Assembly (NCBI GenBank): GCA_965248355.1 | Contig: OZ252098.1 | Location: 5,376,001 to 5,440,000 of the forward strand | Direction of reading: 5' to 3' | Length of the DNA: 64,000 nucleotides | Origin: Candidatus Latescibacterota bacterium | GTDB taxonomy: Bacteria; Latescibacterota; UBA2968; UBA8231 | Shown here: positions 11,187 through 21,147 of the stretch, piece by piece | Position numbering within the stretch: position 1 is the first letter of the stretch | Layout: each line of letters begins with the position of its first letter | Notes under the pieces: generated by a model | Database searches by the model: none | Seen by the model: the letters and a program-made list of their open reading frames with translations, nothing else | What the model was told of the DNA's origin: nothing | Translations under genes and position numbers: made by a program

Positions 11187-13007
11187 GTGACCGCCCTTTC
11201 GTTGCTCGGTCTCCTCGGCTGCGGTTTTGCCGACAGGCCCCCGTCCCCGGAGCCTGAAGCCCCGGAGGGGATCGAGCGCGAGTCGTGGGACGTGCAGCTT
11301 GAGCTGCGCGGCAATGCCTCCTCGGTCGCCGTGGAGGCCGCCTACGTGGCCGACCTGCCGGACGGCATCACACGCGCCGACGGCGGCGTGACAGTGACCT
11401 TCATCGACTCCCAGGGCGGACCTGCGACCCGGATCAGGGCCGAACACCTGCTCATCGACCACGGCCAGGACGTTGTCGGCTTCTCGGGCGATGTGGTCGC
11501 CGAGGCCGGCGGTCCCGGGGTCACGGCCCGCGCCGACTCCCTCACCTGGGACCGCCGCACCGACCGCCTGGACGCCGCCGCCGCCGACCTCATCCTGCCG
11601 GACGGCCGGCTGCGGGCCGGCCGGCTCGACGGCGGCAGCGACCTGGCGTCCTGGTCGGCCACCGATGTGGCCGGCGCTTTCTCTGGATCCCGCGACCGTG
11701 CGGAAGATCCCGCGGCCCTCGTCCACATCGAGGCCGCCAGCGCCGCCCTGCAGGTTCACGGCGGCCAGGTCGCGGCCTCCTTCGACCAGGTGCGGTCGCG
11801 CTGGCGCGACCGCCGGTTCGCGGCTCTGCGCGCCCGCTACGAAGGCCGCAGCCGCCGGATGGTTCTGGAGGGTTCGGCCTCCATGGTGGACAGTGGACGC
11901 GGACGACGCCTGCTGGCCGATGTCATCGACATCGAGCTCAGCCGGTCCCGCTTCGCGGCGGCCGGCAACGTGCGCGTCGAGGGCGAGGCCCGCCTGTGGG
12001 CGGAGACGATCGAGGAAGACGGGGATCGCTGGCGAGTCCAGGGGGACCCGGCGCGGGCCGAGGTGGACGGGCGCACGCTGCGGGCGCGCAGGCTCTACGT
12101 CAGCGAGGGCACCGACACGGTCATGGCGGCCGGGGAAGTGTCGGCCTGGGAGGGGGGGCGGCGCATCACCGCCGACTCCCTGTGCCTGGCCCGGCCCGAG
12201 GACGAGGTGGAGGCCTTCGGCGCCGTGAGGGTGGCCGCAGACGACCTCGAGGGCGACCTGCGTTCCCGGCGGCTCCGGTCCGGCGCCGCCGGCGACCGGC
12301 TCGTCATGTGGAGGGAAGCCCGCCTGACGCGCAGCCGCGAGTACGGCGGCGACCTGACCCTGCGCGCCGATTCCCTGATCCTCGACCGCTCGCAGCAGCA
12401 CCTGGACGCGATCGGGGCCTTCCTCCTCGAGTCGCCGCCCGCCGTCGAGTTGAGGGCCCGCCGCGGCGTCTACGACACCCAGGGAGGGGCGGCGGCCCTG
12501 TTCGGCGAGGTCGAGTTCCTCCACCACACCGAGGCCGGCACCAGCCGCCTGGTCTCGGACAGCAGCCGCCTCGAGCTGGCGGACGGCGGGCCGGTGGCCC
12601 TGACCTGGCCCGACGACCTGCGGGGGCGTCTGAGGGGGAGCGGGGAGACCTGGCTCAGCGCCGGTTCAGGGCGCGCTGCGCTGGTCTCCGGCAGGCTGAG
12701 CAGCCTGGCTCTGGAGGGCCGCGTCGAGGCCGTTCACCGCGGCCCCTCGGAGGAGCGCCTCAGCCGGTTCACGGCCGAGCGGATGGAGCTGAGCTTCGAC
12801 GACGCGGGGAGCCTGAGACAGGTCCTGGCCAGCGGGGCCGCCCAGGTCCGCCTGCGGCTGTCCGAAGGCGGACGTGAAGAGGAGGTCTCGCTCAACGAGA
12901 TAGAGGGAGAGGGGCTGGAGATCGACCTGCAGGAGGGAGTCGTGCAAACGGTGCGGGTCCTCGATGAAGTCGAGGGCCGCTTCGAGCCCGCCGGGCGGGG
13001 CGACTGA
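11187..13007 (+). CDS. Long LptC/LptA (OstA)-like beta-jellyroll lipoprotein
   Basis: Lipobox-like LLGC after a GTG start; ADGGVTVTF, LTWDRRTD and repeated ADSL/GxV beta motifs; lies directly before lptB; start uncertain. Confidence 0.65.
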   Translation: MTALSLLGLLGCGFADRPPSPEPEAPEGIERESWDVQLELRGNASSVAVEAAYVADLPDGITRADGGVTVTFIDSQGGPATRIRAEHLLIDHGQDVVGFSGDVVAEAGGPGVTARADSLTWDRRTDRLDAAAADLILPDGRLRAGRLDGGSDLASWSATDVAGAFSGSRDRAEDPAALVHIEAASAALQVHGGQVAASFDQVRSRWRDRRFAALRARYEGRSRRMVLEGSASMVDSGRGRRLLADVIDIELSRSRFAAAGNVRVEGEARLWAETIEEDGDRWRVQGDPARAEVDGRTLRARRLYVSEGTDTVMAAGEVSAWEGGRRITADSLCLARPEDEVEAFGAVRVAADDLEGDLRSRRLRSGAAGDRLVMWREARLTRSREYGGDLTLRADSLILDRSQQHLDAIGAFLLESPPAVELRARRGVYDTQGGAAALFGEVEFLHHTEAGTSRLVSDSSRLELADGGPVALTWPDDLRGRLRGSGETWLSAGSGRAALVSGRLSSLALEGRVEAVHRGPSEERLSRFTAERMELSFDDAGSLRQVLASGAAQVRLRLSEGGREEEVSLNEIEGEGLEIDLQEGVVQTVRVLDEVEGRFEPAGRGD

Positions 13008-13020
13008 GCAGGGCCCGCGG

Positions 13021-13740
13021 ATGCTGCGCGTCGAGGAGATCGTCAAGACCTACGGCCGGCGGCGGGTCGTGGACGGCGTCTCCGTGCACCTCGGTCCTGG
13101 CGAGGTCGTGGGCCTCCTGGGGCCGAACGGAGCCGGCAAGACGACCACCTTCCACAGCATCACCGGCTTCGTGCGCCCCGATGGCGGACGGGTGCTGCTC
13201 GACGACGAGGACCTGACCTGCCTGCCCATGTACCAACGGGCCCGACGGGGGATCGGCTACCTGCCGCAGGAGACCTCGATCTTCCGTGGTCTGTCGGTGG
13301 CGCAGAACGTCTCCGCCGTGCTCGAGGCGCGCGGCGTCGGCCGCCGGCAGAGGGAGGAACGCGTGGCCGGCCTGCTGGCCGAGCTGAACCTCGAGGCCCG
13401 CGCCGGCCAGCGCGCGGACAGCCTCTCCGGAGGCGAGACCCGCCGCGTCGAGATCGCCCGGGCCCTGGCCACGGAGCCGCGCTACATGCTCCTGGACGAA
13501 CCCTTCACCGGCATCGACCCGCGCACGGTGGACGACATCCAGTCGATCGTCGGTGAGCTGCGCGCCAAGGGGCTGAGCATCCTCATCACCGACCACAACG
13601 CTCATGAAACCCTGGAGATCGCGGACCGGGCCTACGTAATGGTCGACGGAGTGATCCTGACCTCCGGCACCGCTCCCGACCTCGCCCGCGACCGGGACGT
13701 GCGCAGGCTCTACCTCGGCGACCGTTTTCGTCTCTCCTGA
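13021..13740 (+). CDS. lptB: LPS export ABC transporter ATP-binding protein
   Basis: GLLGPNGAGKTT, GYLPQETSIF, LSGGETRRVEIARAL, LLDEPF, ITDHN, YLGDRF; between the lptC-like gene and rpoN. Confidence 0.95.
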   Translation: MLRVEEIVKTYGRRRVVDGVSVHLGPGEVVGLLGPNGAGKTTTFHSITGFVRPDGGRVLLDDEDLTCLPMYQRARRGIGYLPQETSIFRGLSVAQNVSAVLEARGVGRRQREERVAGLLAELNLEARAGQRADSLSGGETRRVEIARALATEPRYMLLDEPFTGIDPRTVDDIQSIVGELRAKGLSILITDHNAHETLEIADRAYVMVDGVILTSGTAPDLARDRDVRRLYLGDRFRLS

Positions 13741-13797
13741 CCGGCACCGGCGGTGGTCGGCCGAGAAACGCTTGCAGCAAATGTTGTGCCTCGATCC

Positions 13798-13827
13798 TTG
13801 ACAGGCTCCGGGGCCCCGGGGTATATT
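13798..13827 (+). promoter_or_regulatory. Putative sigma70 promoter of rpoN
   Basis: TTGACA-N18-TATATT in the lptB-rpoN gap. Confidence 0.6.
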
Positions 13828-13888
13828 CACCCCAGAAACTCTCGGCCGTACGGCCTCAAGTCATTACAAGAGTGAAGGTTACGCTACC

Positions 13889-15409
13889 GTGACGATGCTC
13901 CGTCTGTCACAGAGTCTCAGCCTGCAGCAGCGCATGGCGCCGCAGTTGATACAATCGCTGCAGCTGTTGCAGATGTCGACGCTTGAGCTGGAGCTGGAGA
14001 TCAAGCAGCAGATGGAGATCAACCCCCTCCTGGAGGAGGCGGCGGAGCTGGACGAGGAGGATCTCGAGCCCGAGCCGGAGCCGGAGGAGCTCGAGACGCC
14101 CGAGCAGGAAGCGGCCCTCGAGGAGCAGGAGTTGAAGGAGGAGGAGGTTCCCGAGGATCTCGACGAGATCGACTGGGATGCCCTGCTCGACGACCAGCTC
14201 GACCAGAACTCCTACAACGAGGAGATCACCGAGTACGACCCGGACTGGGAGCAGGACCGCGAGCCCCGGGAGAACCGCATCACCACCGTCGCTCCCCTGA
14301 TCGAGCTGCTGAAGGAGCAGTTGCTGATGAGCGACCTGCAGGGCGCGGATGTGGAGACGGCGGAGTTCATCATCGGCAGCATCGACGACCGCGGGTTCCT
14401 GACCTGCACCGCCGAGGAGATCGCCGAGGCGGTCGACGTGCCCGTGGAAGACGTGGAGCGCGTCCTGGCCGTCATCCATACCTTCGAACCGCCCGGCATC
14501 GGGGCCCGCGATCTGGTCGAATGCCTGCTGATCCAGCTCGAGTTGAAGGAGGGCCGGGAGAACTACTATGACTTGGAGCTGGCCAGGAAGGTGGTGCGCC
14601 ACCACATGGAGGATCTCACCCGGCGCCGGTTCTCACAGATCACCCGCGCCCTCGGCGTCGAGAACGAGGAGTTGAGGGGGGCCATGGAGGTGATCGAGCG
14701 ATTGCACCCGAACGCCGCCGCCGCCGTGGAGGCCGGGTTCAGCAGCCCCGGCATGCTCACCCTCGACACCAGCGTCGCCTACATCACGCCCGACCTGATC
14801 GTCGAAAAGGTGGGAGAGGACTGGGTCGTCAGCCTCACCGACGGCCACCTGCCGTCGTTGACCATCAACCGCTCCTACGCCCAGCTGGTGAGGGGCCGTC
14901 GAGGCCGCAGGGACGAAGTCAGGACCTACGTGTCGAAGAAGCTCAACGACGCGCGCTGGCTGCTCAACGCCATCAACCAGCGTCGGGCGACGATGCTCAA
15001 GGTCTCCAACTACCTGGTGCGGGCGCAGATGAACTGGTTCGAGCACGGCCCCGCCCATCTCAGGCCGATGATCCTTCAGGACGCGGCCGATGCCGTGGGC
15101 ATGCACGTGTCGACCATCAGCCGGGTCAGCAACGGCAAGTACATGCAGACGCCCCACGGCGTGTTCGAGCTCAAGTATTTCTTCGACAGCAAGGTTCAGC
15201 GCGACGATGGCGAGGAGGTATCGTCGCGCAGCGTCAAGGAGAGCATCTCCGCCCTGATCGAGGGCGAGGACAAGCAGGAGCCCCTCAGCGATCAGGCCAT
15301 CGCCGACGAGCTCGGCAAGGAGGGCATCAAGATCGCCCGCCGCACGGTGGCAAAGTACCGCGTGCAGCTCGGTATCAACTCCCAGCGCTATCGCAAGCAG
15401 GTGTTCTGA
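13889..15409 (+). CDS. rpoN: RNA polymerase sigma-54 factor
   Basis: Q/L-rich region I, PPGIGARDL, HVSTISRV HTH and RpoN box ARRTVAKYR. Confidence 0.97.
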   Translation: MTMLRLSQSLSLQQRMAPQLIQSLQLLQMSTLELELEIKQQMEINPLLEEAAELDEEDLEPEPEPEELETPEQEAALEEQELKEEEVPEDLDEIDWDALLDDQLDQNSYNEEITEYDPDWEQDREPRENRITTVAPLIELLKEQLLMSDLQGADVETAEFIIGSIDDRGFLTCTAEEIAEAVDVPVEDVERVLAVIHTFEPPGIGARDLVECLLIQLELKEGRENYYDLELARKVVRHHMEDLTRRRFSQITRALGVENEELRGAMEVIERLHPNAAAAVEAGFSSPGMLTLDTSVAYITPDLIVEKVGEDWVVSLTDGHLPSLTINRSYAQLVRGRRGRRDEVRTYVSKKLNDARWLLNAINQRRATMLKVSNYLVRAQMNWFEHGPAHLRPMILQDAADAVGMHVSTISRVSNGKYMQTPHGVFELKYFFDSKVQRDDGEEVSSRSVKESISALIEGEDKQEPLSDQAIADELGKEGIKIARRTVAKYRVQLGINSQRYRKQVF

Positions 15410-15425
15410 GGCCGGCCCCGCACCC

Positions 15426-15455
15426 TTGACAACGCCCACGGCGGCGCCGTAGCCT
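15426..15455 (+). promoter_or_regulatory. Putative sigma70 promoter of the lipoprotein/FlgD-tail genes
   Basis: TTGACA-N18-TAGCCT. Confidence 0.45.
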
Positions 15456-15468
15456 AGCCGGTCAGCCC

Positions 15469-16218
15469 ATGCAGACGGAGAGATCGACCATGAGACTCCT
15501 GCCGGTCGCCGCCAGCCTCCTCCTTCTCGGTAGCGGGTGTGGATACAGCTACTACTCCAGTCCCCTGCGCCCCGCAGGCGGGCAGGAGGAGGCCATGACC
15601 GTGGCCGACGACGGTTCGGTGACCTACGCGCAGGGTCGGCTCGAAGTCCGGCTTCGCCCTCTCACCGACGAGGAGCTCAACCGCCAGTTCGCCTCCCACT
15701 CCCGCTCGGGGCCCGCGTCGACCAATCCCTTCACCTTCGGCGACACCGAGCTCGGGGAGGGCGGGGAGGGACAGCCCCGCTTCACGGTCTTTCATCTCAA
15801 CGTCAAGAACTACGCCTTCCCCAAGGTACAGATCGACCCGACCCAGGTGGAGCTGGCGGCGGACAACGGCCGCCGGTACTGGAGCCTCGACGTACGGCAG
15901 CTGGAAAACTACTACCGGGCCTACGTCCTCGGTTACCGGGGCAACGAATACGACCGCTTTCAGGAGCGCATCGACCTGGCCAGGCGCAACATGTTCCGCA
16001 AAGAGGTCATCTTCAGCGGTCAGGAATCGGAGGGCTACCTCGTCTTTCCGGTGCTCCACCCGGACGTCGCGCAGATCGAGGTGACGATCTTCGACACGGT
16101 GCTCCGGTTCGACTATCGCAACGAGCCGATGGAGACGGTGAACATCCGCTACCGGTTCGAGCGCGACGTGGGCCGCCTCTACCCGGACGGCACCCGGACG
16201 CTCTCCGCCAGGGACTGA
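15469..16218 (+). CDS. Hypothetical lipoprotein (paralogue of 24944-25702)
   Basis: Signal peptide with LGSGC lipobox; shares TVADDGxVTYxQGRLE, RPxTDEELNRQF, NPxTFG, QESEGYLVF and FERxxGRxYPDG with 24944-25702. Confidence 0.75.
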   Translation: MQTERSTMRLLPVAASLLLLGSGCGYSYYSSPLRPAGGQEEAMTVADDGSVTYAQGRLEVRLRPLTDEELNRQFASHSRSGPASTNPFTFGDTELGEGGEGQPRFTVFHLNVKNYAFPKVQIDPTQVELAADNGRRYWSLDVRQLENYYRAYVLGYRGNEYDRFQERIDLARRNMFRKEVIFSGQESEGYLVFPVLHPDVAQIEVTIFDTVLRFDYRNEPMETVNIRYRFERDVGRLYPDGTRTLSARD

Positions 16219-16308
16219 CCCTTGGCCGCCACCGGAGGGGGTCAGCCGCCCCCGACCGGGAGCCCCCATGGTTACGCGGCCCCGAAACGAAATCTTGGGA
16301 GAAACGCG

Positions 16309-18960
16309 ATGATCAGGATATCGACCCTGGCGCTGCTGGGCGCCCTGTTCCTGGCCAGCGACGGCTGGGCCGAGATCAAGAGCTGGCGCGTCGGTGACGA
16401 CACCCATCCATGGGTCCTGCGGCCGGTGACCGGCCGCCTCGACCTGGGACGCAGCTGGGCCGTGGAGTTGCTCGCCGACGACGACGGCGACGGCCTGATC
16501 GACGAGGATCCCGTCGAGCTCATGGACAACGATGACGACGGGTCGATCAACGAAGATCCCGAGGATCCGCAGGTCGACAACGACGGCGATGGGCGCCTCA
16601 ACGAAGACGAGGACAACAACGTCGACGACGATGGCGACGGGCTCATCGACGAGGATCCGTCCGAGTTGATCGACAACGATATCGACGGGCTGATCAACGA
16701 GGACGGCCCCGACCCGCAGGTCGACAACGACGGCGACGGCCTGCTCAACGAGGACGGCCTGTACTCCCGGTACGACGACGACTGGGACGGCCGGCTCAAC
16801 GAGGATCCCGTCAACGGTGTGGACGACGATGGCGACGGGCTGGTGGACGAGGATCCCACCATGCCCGAGCACGGGGGCGGCGTGACCACCTGGATCCGGC
16901 CGATCCGCCTCGACAGCCTGCGCAACCTCGCCTACATGCTCAACCAGCGCTACAAGGCCGGCGAGTTCGGCGGCGTCATCCCCGGAAAGGATACCCAGCG
17001 GCCCTACATGGTGGTGCCGAGCGACCACGGCTACCGCCGCGAGGTCTCCGACCCCGTCTCCGGCGACTACTGGGCGGCGGCGGGGGTGATCCGCCGGGAG
17101 GATGCCGAGAGGTCGGTGGACGGCAACCTCTTCACGGAGTTCAACAGCACCAAGTACCATCGCGGGGGCATCGCGATGAACCTGATGGGCTACTACTACC
17201 TCAACCGCATCACCTTCCGCCCCCACCCGACCCTGCCGGGAGGCACTATCGCCAACTACTACATCCGCTACGGCGATCAGAACTCGATCAACGTCCGTTC
17301 CGAGTCCATCCAGGCCAACAGGACGTTGGTCTCCACCACCCGCGATCAACTCACCCCGGTGATCAAGAACCTCCGCTTCCCCACCTATGTCGCCGGCCGC
17401 GTCGACATCTTTTCCATCGATCCCGAGGGCGAGCTCAGCCAGATCGCCGAGCTCGGCCACTTTGGCGACGGTTTCGCCATCGACGGCCAGTACACCTCCG
17501 CCGTCATCGACGTGGGCGTCCCCACGCCGCGCGCCCGCCGCTACGACCGCGAGATCGAGCAGTTCTCTGCCGGGGAGCAGGACGCGTACGAGAGCCAGTT
17601 CGATCTGGACGCGCCCGGCGACCAGGTCAACTGGGGCAAGGTGCGCTGGAGGGGCCGCCGCGACGGCCTCGGAGGCGACGTGCGCATCCAGTTCCGGGTC
17701 GGCAACTCCCTGGACACCCACATCTATGCCCGCCGCCTGGGCCCCGGCTTCGAGGATGACCGGGACGCCAACGGCGATCCCCTGGACCTGTTCTCCTGGA
17801 TCAAGCTCACCGACGGCCGCATCCCCGAACGCGAGTTGCGGTACAACGAGCTGGGCGCCGACGTGGGCGAGGACGGGGTCCGGGGTTGGAGCTTCTGGTC
17901 GGCGCCCTTCAAGCTGGAGGACGGCCTCATCGACGAGAGTCTGCCCGAGTCCGAATGGAGCGACGGCGGCGTCCAGTTGCCCCTGCCCGGAGGGACCCGC
18001 TACATCCAGTTCCGCGTCTATTTCGACGGCCCCCAGCACGGCGGCGCCCTCCTGGACTTCATCGAGTTCGACTACGACGCGCCCCTCGTCTCCGGGGGAG
18101 TGGTGGCCGAGATCTTCCCGTCGGGCGTTCCCCTGGGGGAGGAAACCCTCTTCCGCTACTACCTACGGCCGCTCTTCGAGCCGGGGGATCCCCTGGTCTT
18201 CAACCGGATCGAGATCGACGTTCCCAGCGTCGACACCCGCATCGACACCCTGCGCGTCGACGGCCAGGACTGGATCGAAATCGCCGCCGGCGCCGGCGGC
18301 GACCCCCTCCTGGACATCCATCCCGTCCGCCTCGCGCCCGCTCCGGGCAGCGCCGACAGCCTGGGGCAATTCGCCCAGTCCCTCGTGACCGACCCGAGGA
18401 CCGGACTGCCCAGGCTGTCGATCAAGCTGCCCTCCATGGGCGCCGAGCACTTCCGGTTCGACCAGAACATCGAGGTCGTCTTTCGCTCCCGGCTCTTCCA
18501 GGGCTCCAAGCAGTTCCTCAGTACCTTGTGGAATGACGAGGTGGGCGCGGGCGAGGCGATCCCCCAGCCCACCGAAGACGGGGACGCCACTCCCGACGTG
18601 GGCACCAACTCCCGGCTGGTCGTCGTCGATGACATCGGCCGCGTCGTCGAGGCGCCCCGCGTCACTCCCAATCCCTTCACCCCCAACGGCGACGGAATCA
18701 ACGACGAGGTGGTCTTCTCCTTCGACCTCTTCCTCCTCATGGAGGAGGTGGAGGTGCAGTTCGAGATCTACGACCTGTCCGGGCGCCGCCTGGTCCGGTT
18801 CGAGGCCGGCGACACGGCGGCGGGAGCCCTCGAGTTCACCTGGGACGGCCGCGACCAGAACGGCCAGCAGGTCCCGCCGGGGATCTATCTCTACCGTTTC
18901 GCCGTCGACTCCGACGACACCTCCGCCCTGAACTCCGGTGTCCTGTCCGTAGCCTATTGA
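16309..18960 (+). CDS. Secreted protein with Asp-rich repeats and C-terminal FlgD-Ig/CHU_C-like domain
   Basis: Signal peptide MIRISTLALLGALFLASDGWA; eight DxDGDGxxxED repeats; tail PNPFTPNGDGINDE...IYDLSGR...WDGRD...PPGIYLY...VAY. Confidence 0.78.
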   Translation: MIRISTLALLGALFLASDGWAEIKSWRVGDDTHPWVLRPVTGRLDLGRSWAVELLADDDGDGLIDEDPVELMDNDDDGSINEDPEDPQVDNDGDGRLNEDEDNNVDDDGDGLIDEDPSELIDNDIDGLINEDGPDPQVDNDGDGLLNEDGLYSRYDDDWDGRLNEDPVNGVDDDGDGLVDEDPTMPEHGGGVTTWIRPIRLDSLRNLAYMLNQRYKAGEFGGVIPGKDTQRPYMVVPSDHGYRREVSDPVSGDYWAAAGVIRREDAERSVDGNLFTEFNSTKYHRGGIAMNLMGYYYLNRITFRPHPTLPGGTIANYYIRYGDQNSINVRSESIQANRTLVSTTRDQLTPVIKNLRFPTYVAGRVDIFSIDPEGELSQIAELGHFGDGFAIDGQYTSAVIDVGVPTPRARRYDREIEQFSAGEQDAYESQFDLDAPGDQVNWGKVRWRGRRDGLGGDVRIQFRVGNSLDTHIYARRLGPGFEDDRDANGDPLDLFSWIKLTDGRIPERELRYNELGADVGEDGVRGWSFWSAPFKLEDGLIDESLPESEWSDGGVQLPLPGGTRYIQFRVYFDGPQHGGALLDFIEFDYDAPLVSGGVVAEIFPSGVPLGEETLFRYYLRPLFEPGDPLVFNRIEIDVPSVDTRIDTLRVDGQDWIEIAAGAGGDPLLDIHPVRLAPAPGSADSLGQFAQSLVTDPRTGLPRLSIKLPSMGAEHFRFDQNIEVVFRSRLFQGSKQFLSTLWNDEVGAGEAIPQPTEDGDATPDVGTNSRLVVVDDIGRVVEAPRVTPNPFTPNGDGINDEVVFSFDLFLLMEEVEVQFEIYDLSGRRLVRFEAGDTAAGALEFTWDGRDQNGQQVPPGIYLYRFAVDSDDTSALNSGVLSVAY
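16477..16857 (+). repeat. Eight imperfect D(N/D)DGDG(L/R)(I/L/V)(D/N)ED coding repeats
   Basis: Read directly from the translation: DDDGDGLIDED, DNDDDGSINED, DNDGDGRLNED, DDDGDGLIDED, DNDIDGLINED, DNDGDGLLNED, DDDWDGRLNED, DDDGDGLVDED. Confidence 0.85.
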
Positions 18961-19010
18961 GGTGCTGATCCCGAGTTCATAGGGCGCCGGCAGTGAGGCG
19001 CCTCCCGGTC

Positions 19011-21104
19011 ATGGGTCACAGGTCCCGCCTCCTTGCGGGCGCCCTCATGCTGTCGGCCCTCGCCCTGCGCCTGGGATACATCCACCAGCACAGCGCCAGT
19101 CCGTTCTTCGACGCGCCCGTCGTCGATGCCCGGACCTTCCTCGAGCAGGCCCGGGCCATCGCCGGCGGTGATCTCCTCGGCGGCCCCGAACCCTACTGGC
19201 AGCCCCCGCTCTACATCTACCTGCTGGCCTTTGTCTGCTGGCTCCTGCCGGGCTCGTACTTCGTCGGCATCCGGCTCCTGCACGTCCTCCTAGGGGCCCT
19301 CTCCTGTCTCCTGGTCTACGGCCTCGCCCGCCGCGCCTTCGGCGAGCCGGCCGGCCGAATCGCCGGCTGTGCCGCCGCCGTGTGCGGCACCTTCCTCTAT
19401 TTCGAGGGTGAGCTGCTGGCGGTGCCGGTGGAGGTCTTCCTCAACCTCCTGCTCCTTCACCTCCTCCTGCGGGCCCTCGACCGCAACCGAGGCCGCGACT
19501 GGGGGCTGGCCGGGGTGACGGCCGGGTTGGCGGCCCTCGCCCGGCCCAACATCCTGCTATTCGCGGCGCTCTACTGCGCCTGGCACCTGTGGCGGCGGCG
19601 CCCCGTGCGCGCTCTCCTCCCTTTCGTGGGCTGCGGCCTCCTGGTGATCCTGCCCGTCACCGTGCGCAACTGGGCCGCCGAGCCGGGGTTGGTCCTCGTC
19701 TCCGCCAACGGGGGCGTCAACTTCCATATCGGCAACAACGCCGACTACGAACGCACCGTCGCCCTGCGTCCGGGCGTGGAATGGGAGGAGATGGTCTCGG
19801 AGCCGGCCAGGGCAGGCCACGTGACGGCCGCCGCCAAGTCCTCCTACTTCCTGGGCAAGGGGCTGGCCTGGATCGCCGGCCATCCCATCGACTATCTCGG
19901 CCTGCTCGGCAGGAAGACCCTGCACTTCTGGAGCGGCCCCGAGACGAAGCGCAACCAGGATGTCTACTACGCCCGCCGGTACTCCTGGATCCTGAGCCTC
20001 CTGCTCTGGGACCGGTATCTCTCGGTGCCTTTCGGCCTGGTCGGACCCCTGAGCCTTCTCGGCCTGGGGTTGAGCCTCCGGATCCGGGGCGATCCCGCGG
20101 CCCTGCTGCGGCTCTACGCCCTCGGCTATACCGCGTCGGTCCTGTTGTTCTTCCCCGCCGCCCGTTACCGCATGCCGGTCCTTCCCGTGCTGATCGCCTT
20201 TGCCGCCCTCGCGGCCTGGCGCCTGTTCTCGAGCCTGCGCCGGGGAGCCTGGCCGGAGGTCTCGAGGCTGGGGGTGCCCCTGGCGGTCCTCCTGATCCTG
20301 TGCAACCTGACCCGCGCCGCCCCCGCCGACGAGGACGCCCAACTCCACTTCGACCTGGGCGAGGTCTATCTGCGCAAGGGGGAGTACGTCCTGTCCGAGG
20401 GCCACTCGCGCCGGGCGCTGGAGCTGGATCCGGAGTACAACTACGCCCGCCACAACCTGGCCGTGGCCTGTTTCCACCAGGGCCGCTACGGCGAAAGCGC
20501 GCGGACGGCGCGGGCCACCCTGGAGGAGAACCCCCGGAGGGTGGACACCCATGTGCTGCTCGCCAAGGTCCACCTGGCCCTGCAGGAGCCGCGGCAGGCC
20601 CTGACGAGCCTGCGCAGGGCCCTGGAGATCGATCCGGGCTCCGGCATGGCCAACTACGAGTACGGCCGCCTGCTCTATGGCCAGGGGCACTACGCCGAGG
20701 CCGCGGAGCACTTCCGGCGGGCCCTGCCCGCCCGGCCGCACGACTTCAGGCTCCACTACCAGCTCGGACGGGCCCTGCACCAGGCCGGGAAGGCCGAGGC
20801 CGCCATCGCCCGGTATCAGCAGGCCCTGGCCCTGGAGAGACGGCCCGAGGCCCTGGTCGCCATCGGCGCCCTGCATCTGGTCGAGGGACGCACGCAGAGA
20901 GCCAGGAGCCATTTCCTGCAAGCCCTGGAGCTGGACCCGGACAACGCGGAGGCCCACGTGAACCTGGCCCTCATCGATGTCGAGGAGGGACGGCTCGCCG
21001 CGGCCGTCGAGCGGTTGCGCCAGGTCCTGGCGAGGGGCTCCTCACCCCAGGCCCGGGGCCTGCTCGATGAGGCCCGGCGACGGATGCGCGCCGGCCGGGA
21101 CTGA
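19011..21104 (+). CDS. GT-C fold (ArnT/PMT-like, GT39-type) membrane glycosyltransferase with C-terminal TPRs
   Basis: Many TM helices; VVDARTF, PYWQPPLY, ARPN, NGGVNFHIGNN, RYRMP; TPR repeats (ALELDPEYNYARHNLA, ALELDPDNAEAHVNLA). Confidence 0.78.
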   Translation: MGHRSRLLAGALMLSALALRLGYIHQHSASPFFDAPVVDARTFLEQARAIAGGDLLGGPEPYWQPPLYIYLLAFVCWLLPGSYFVGIRLLHVLLGALSCLLVYGLARRAFGEPAGRIAGCAAAVCGTFLYFEGELLAVPVEVFLNLLLLHLLLRALDRNRGRDWGLAGVTAGLAALARPNILLFAALYCAWHLWRRRPVRALLPFVGCGLLVILPVTVRNWAAEPGLVLVSANGGVNFHIGNNADYERTVALRPGVEWEEMVSEPARAGHVTAAAKSSYFLGKGLAWIAGHPIDYLGLLGRKTLHFWSGPETKRNQDVYYARRYSWILSLLLWDRYLSVPFGLVGPLSLLGLGLSLRIRGDPAALLRLYALGYTASVLLFFPAARYRMPVLPVLIAFAALAAWRLFSSLRRGAWPEVSRLGVPLAVLLILCNLTRAAPADEDAQLHFDLGEVYLRKGEYVLSEGHSRRALELDPEYNYARHNLAVACFHQGRYGESARTARATLEENPRRVDTHVLLAKVHLALQEPRQALTSLRRALEIDPGSGMANYEYGRLLYGQGHYAEAAEHFRRALPARPHDFRLHYQLGRALHQAGKAEAAIARYQQALALERRPEALVAIGALHLVEGRTQRARSHFLQALELDPDNAEAHVNLALIDVEEGRLAAAVERLRQVLARGSSPQARGLLDEARRRMRAGRD

Positions 21105-21147
21105 CCCGCTCGAGAGATCCGTCCCCGGGGAGAAGCGGTTCAGGCCC

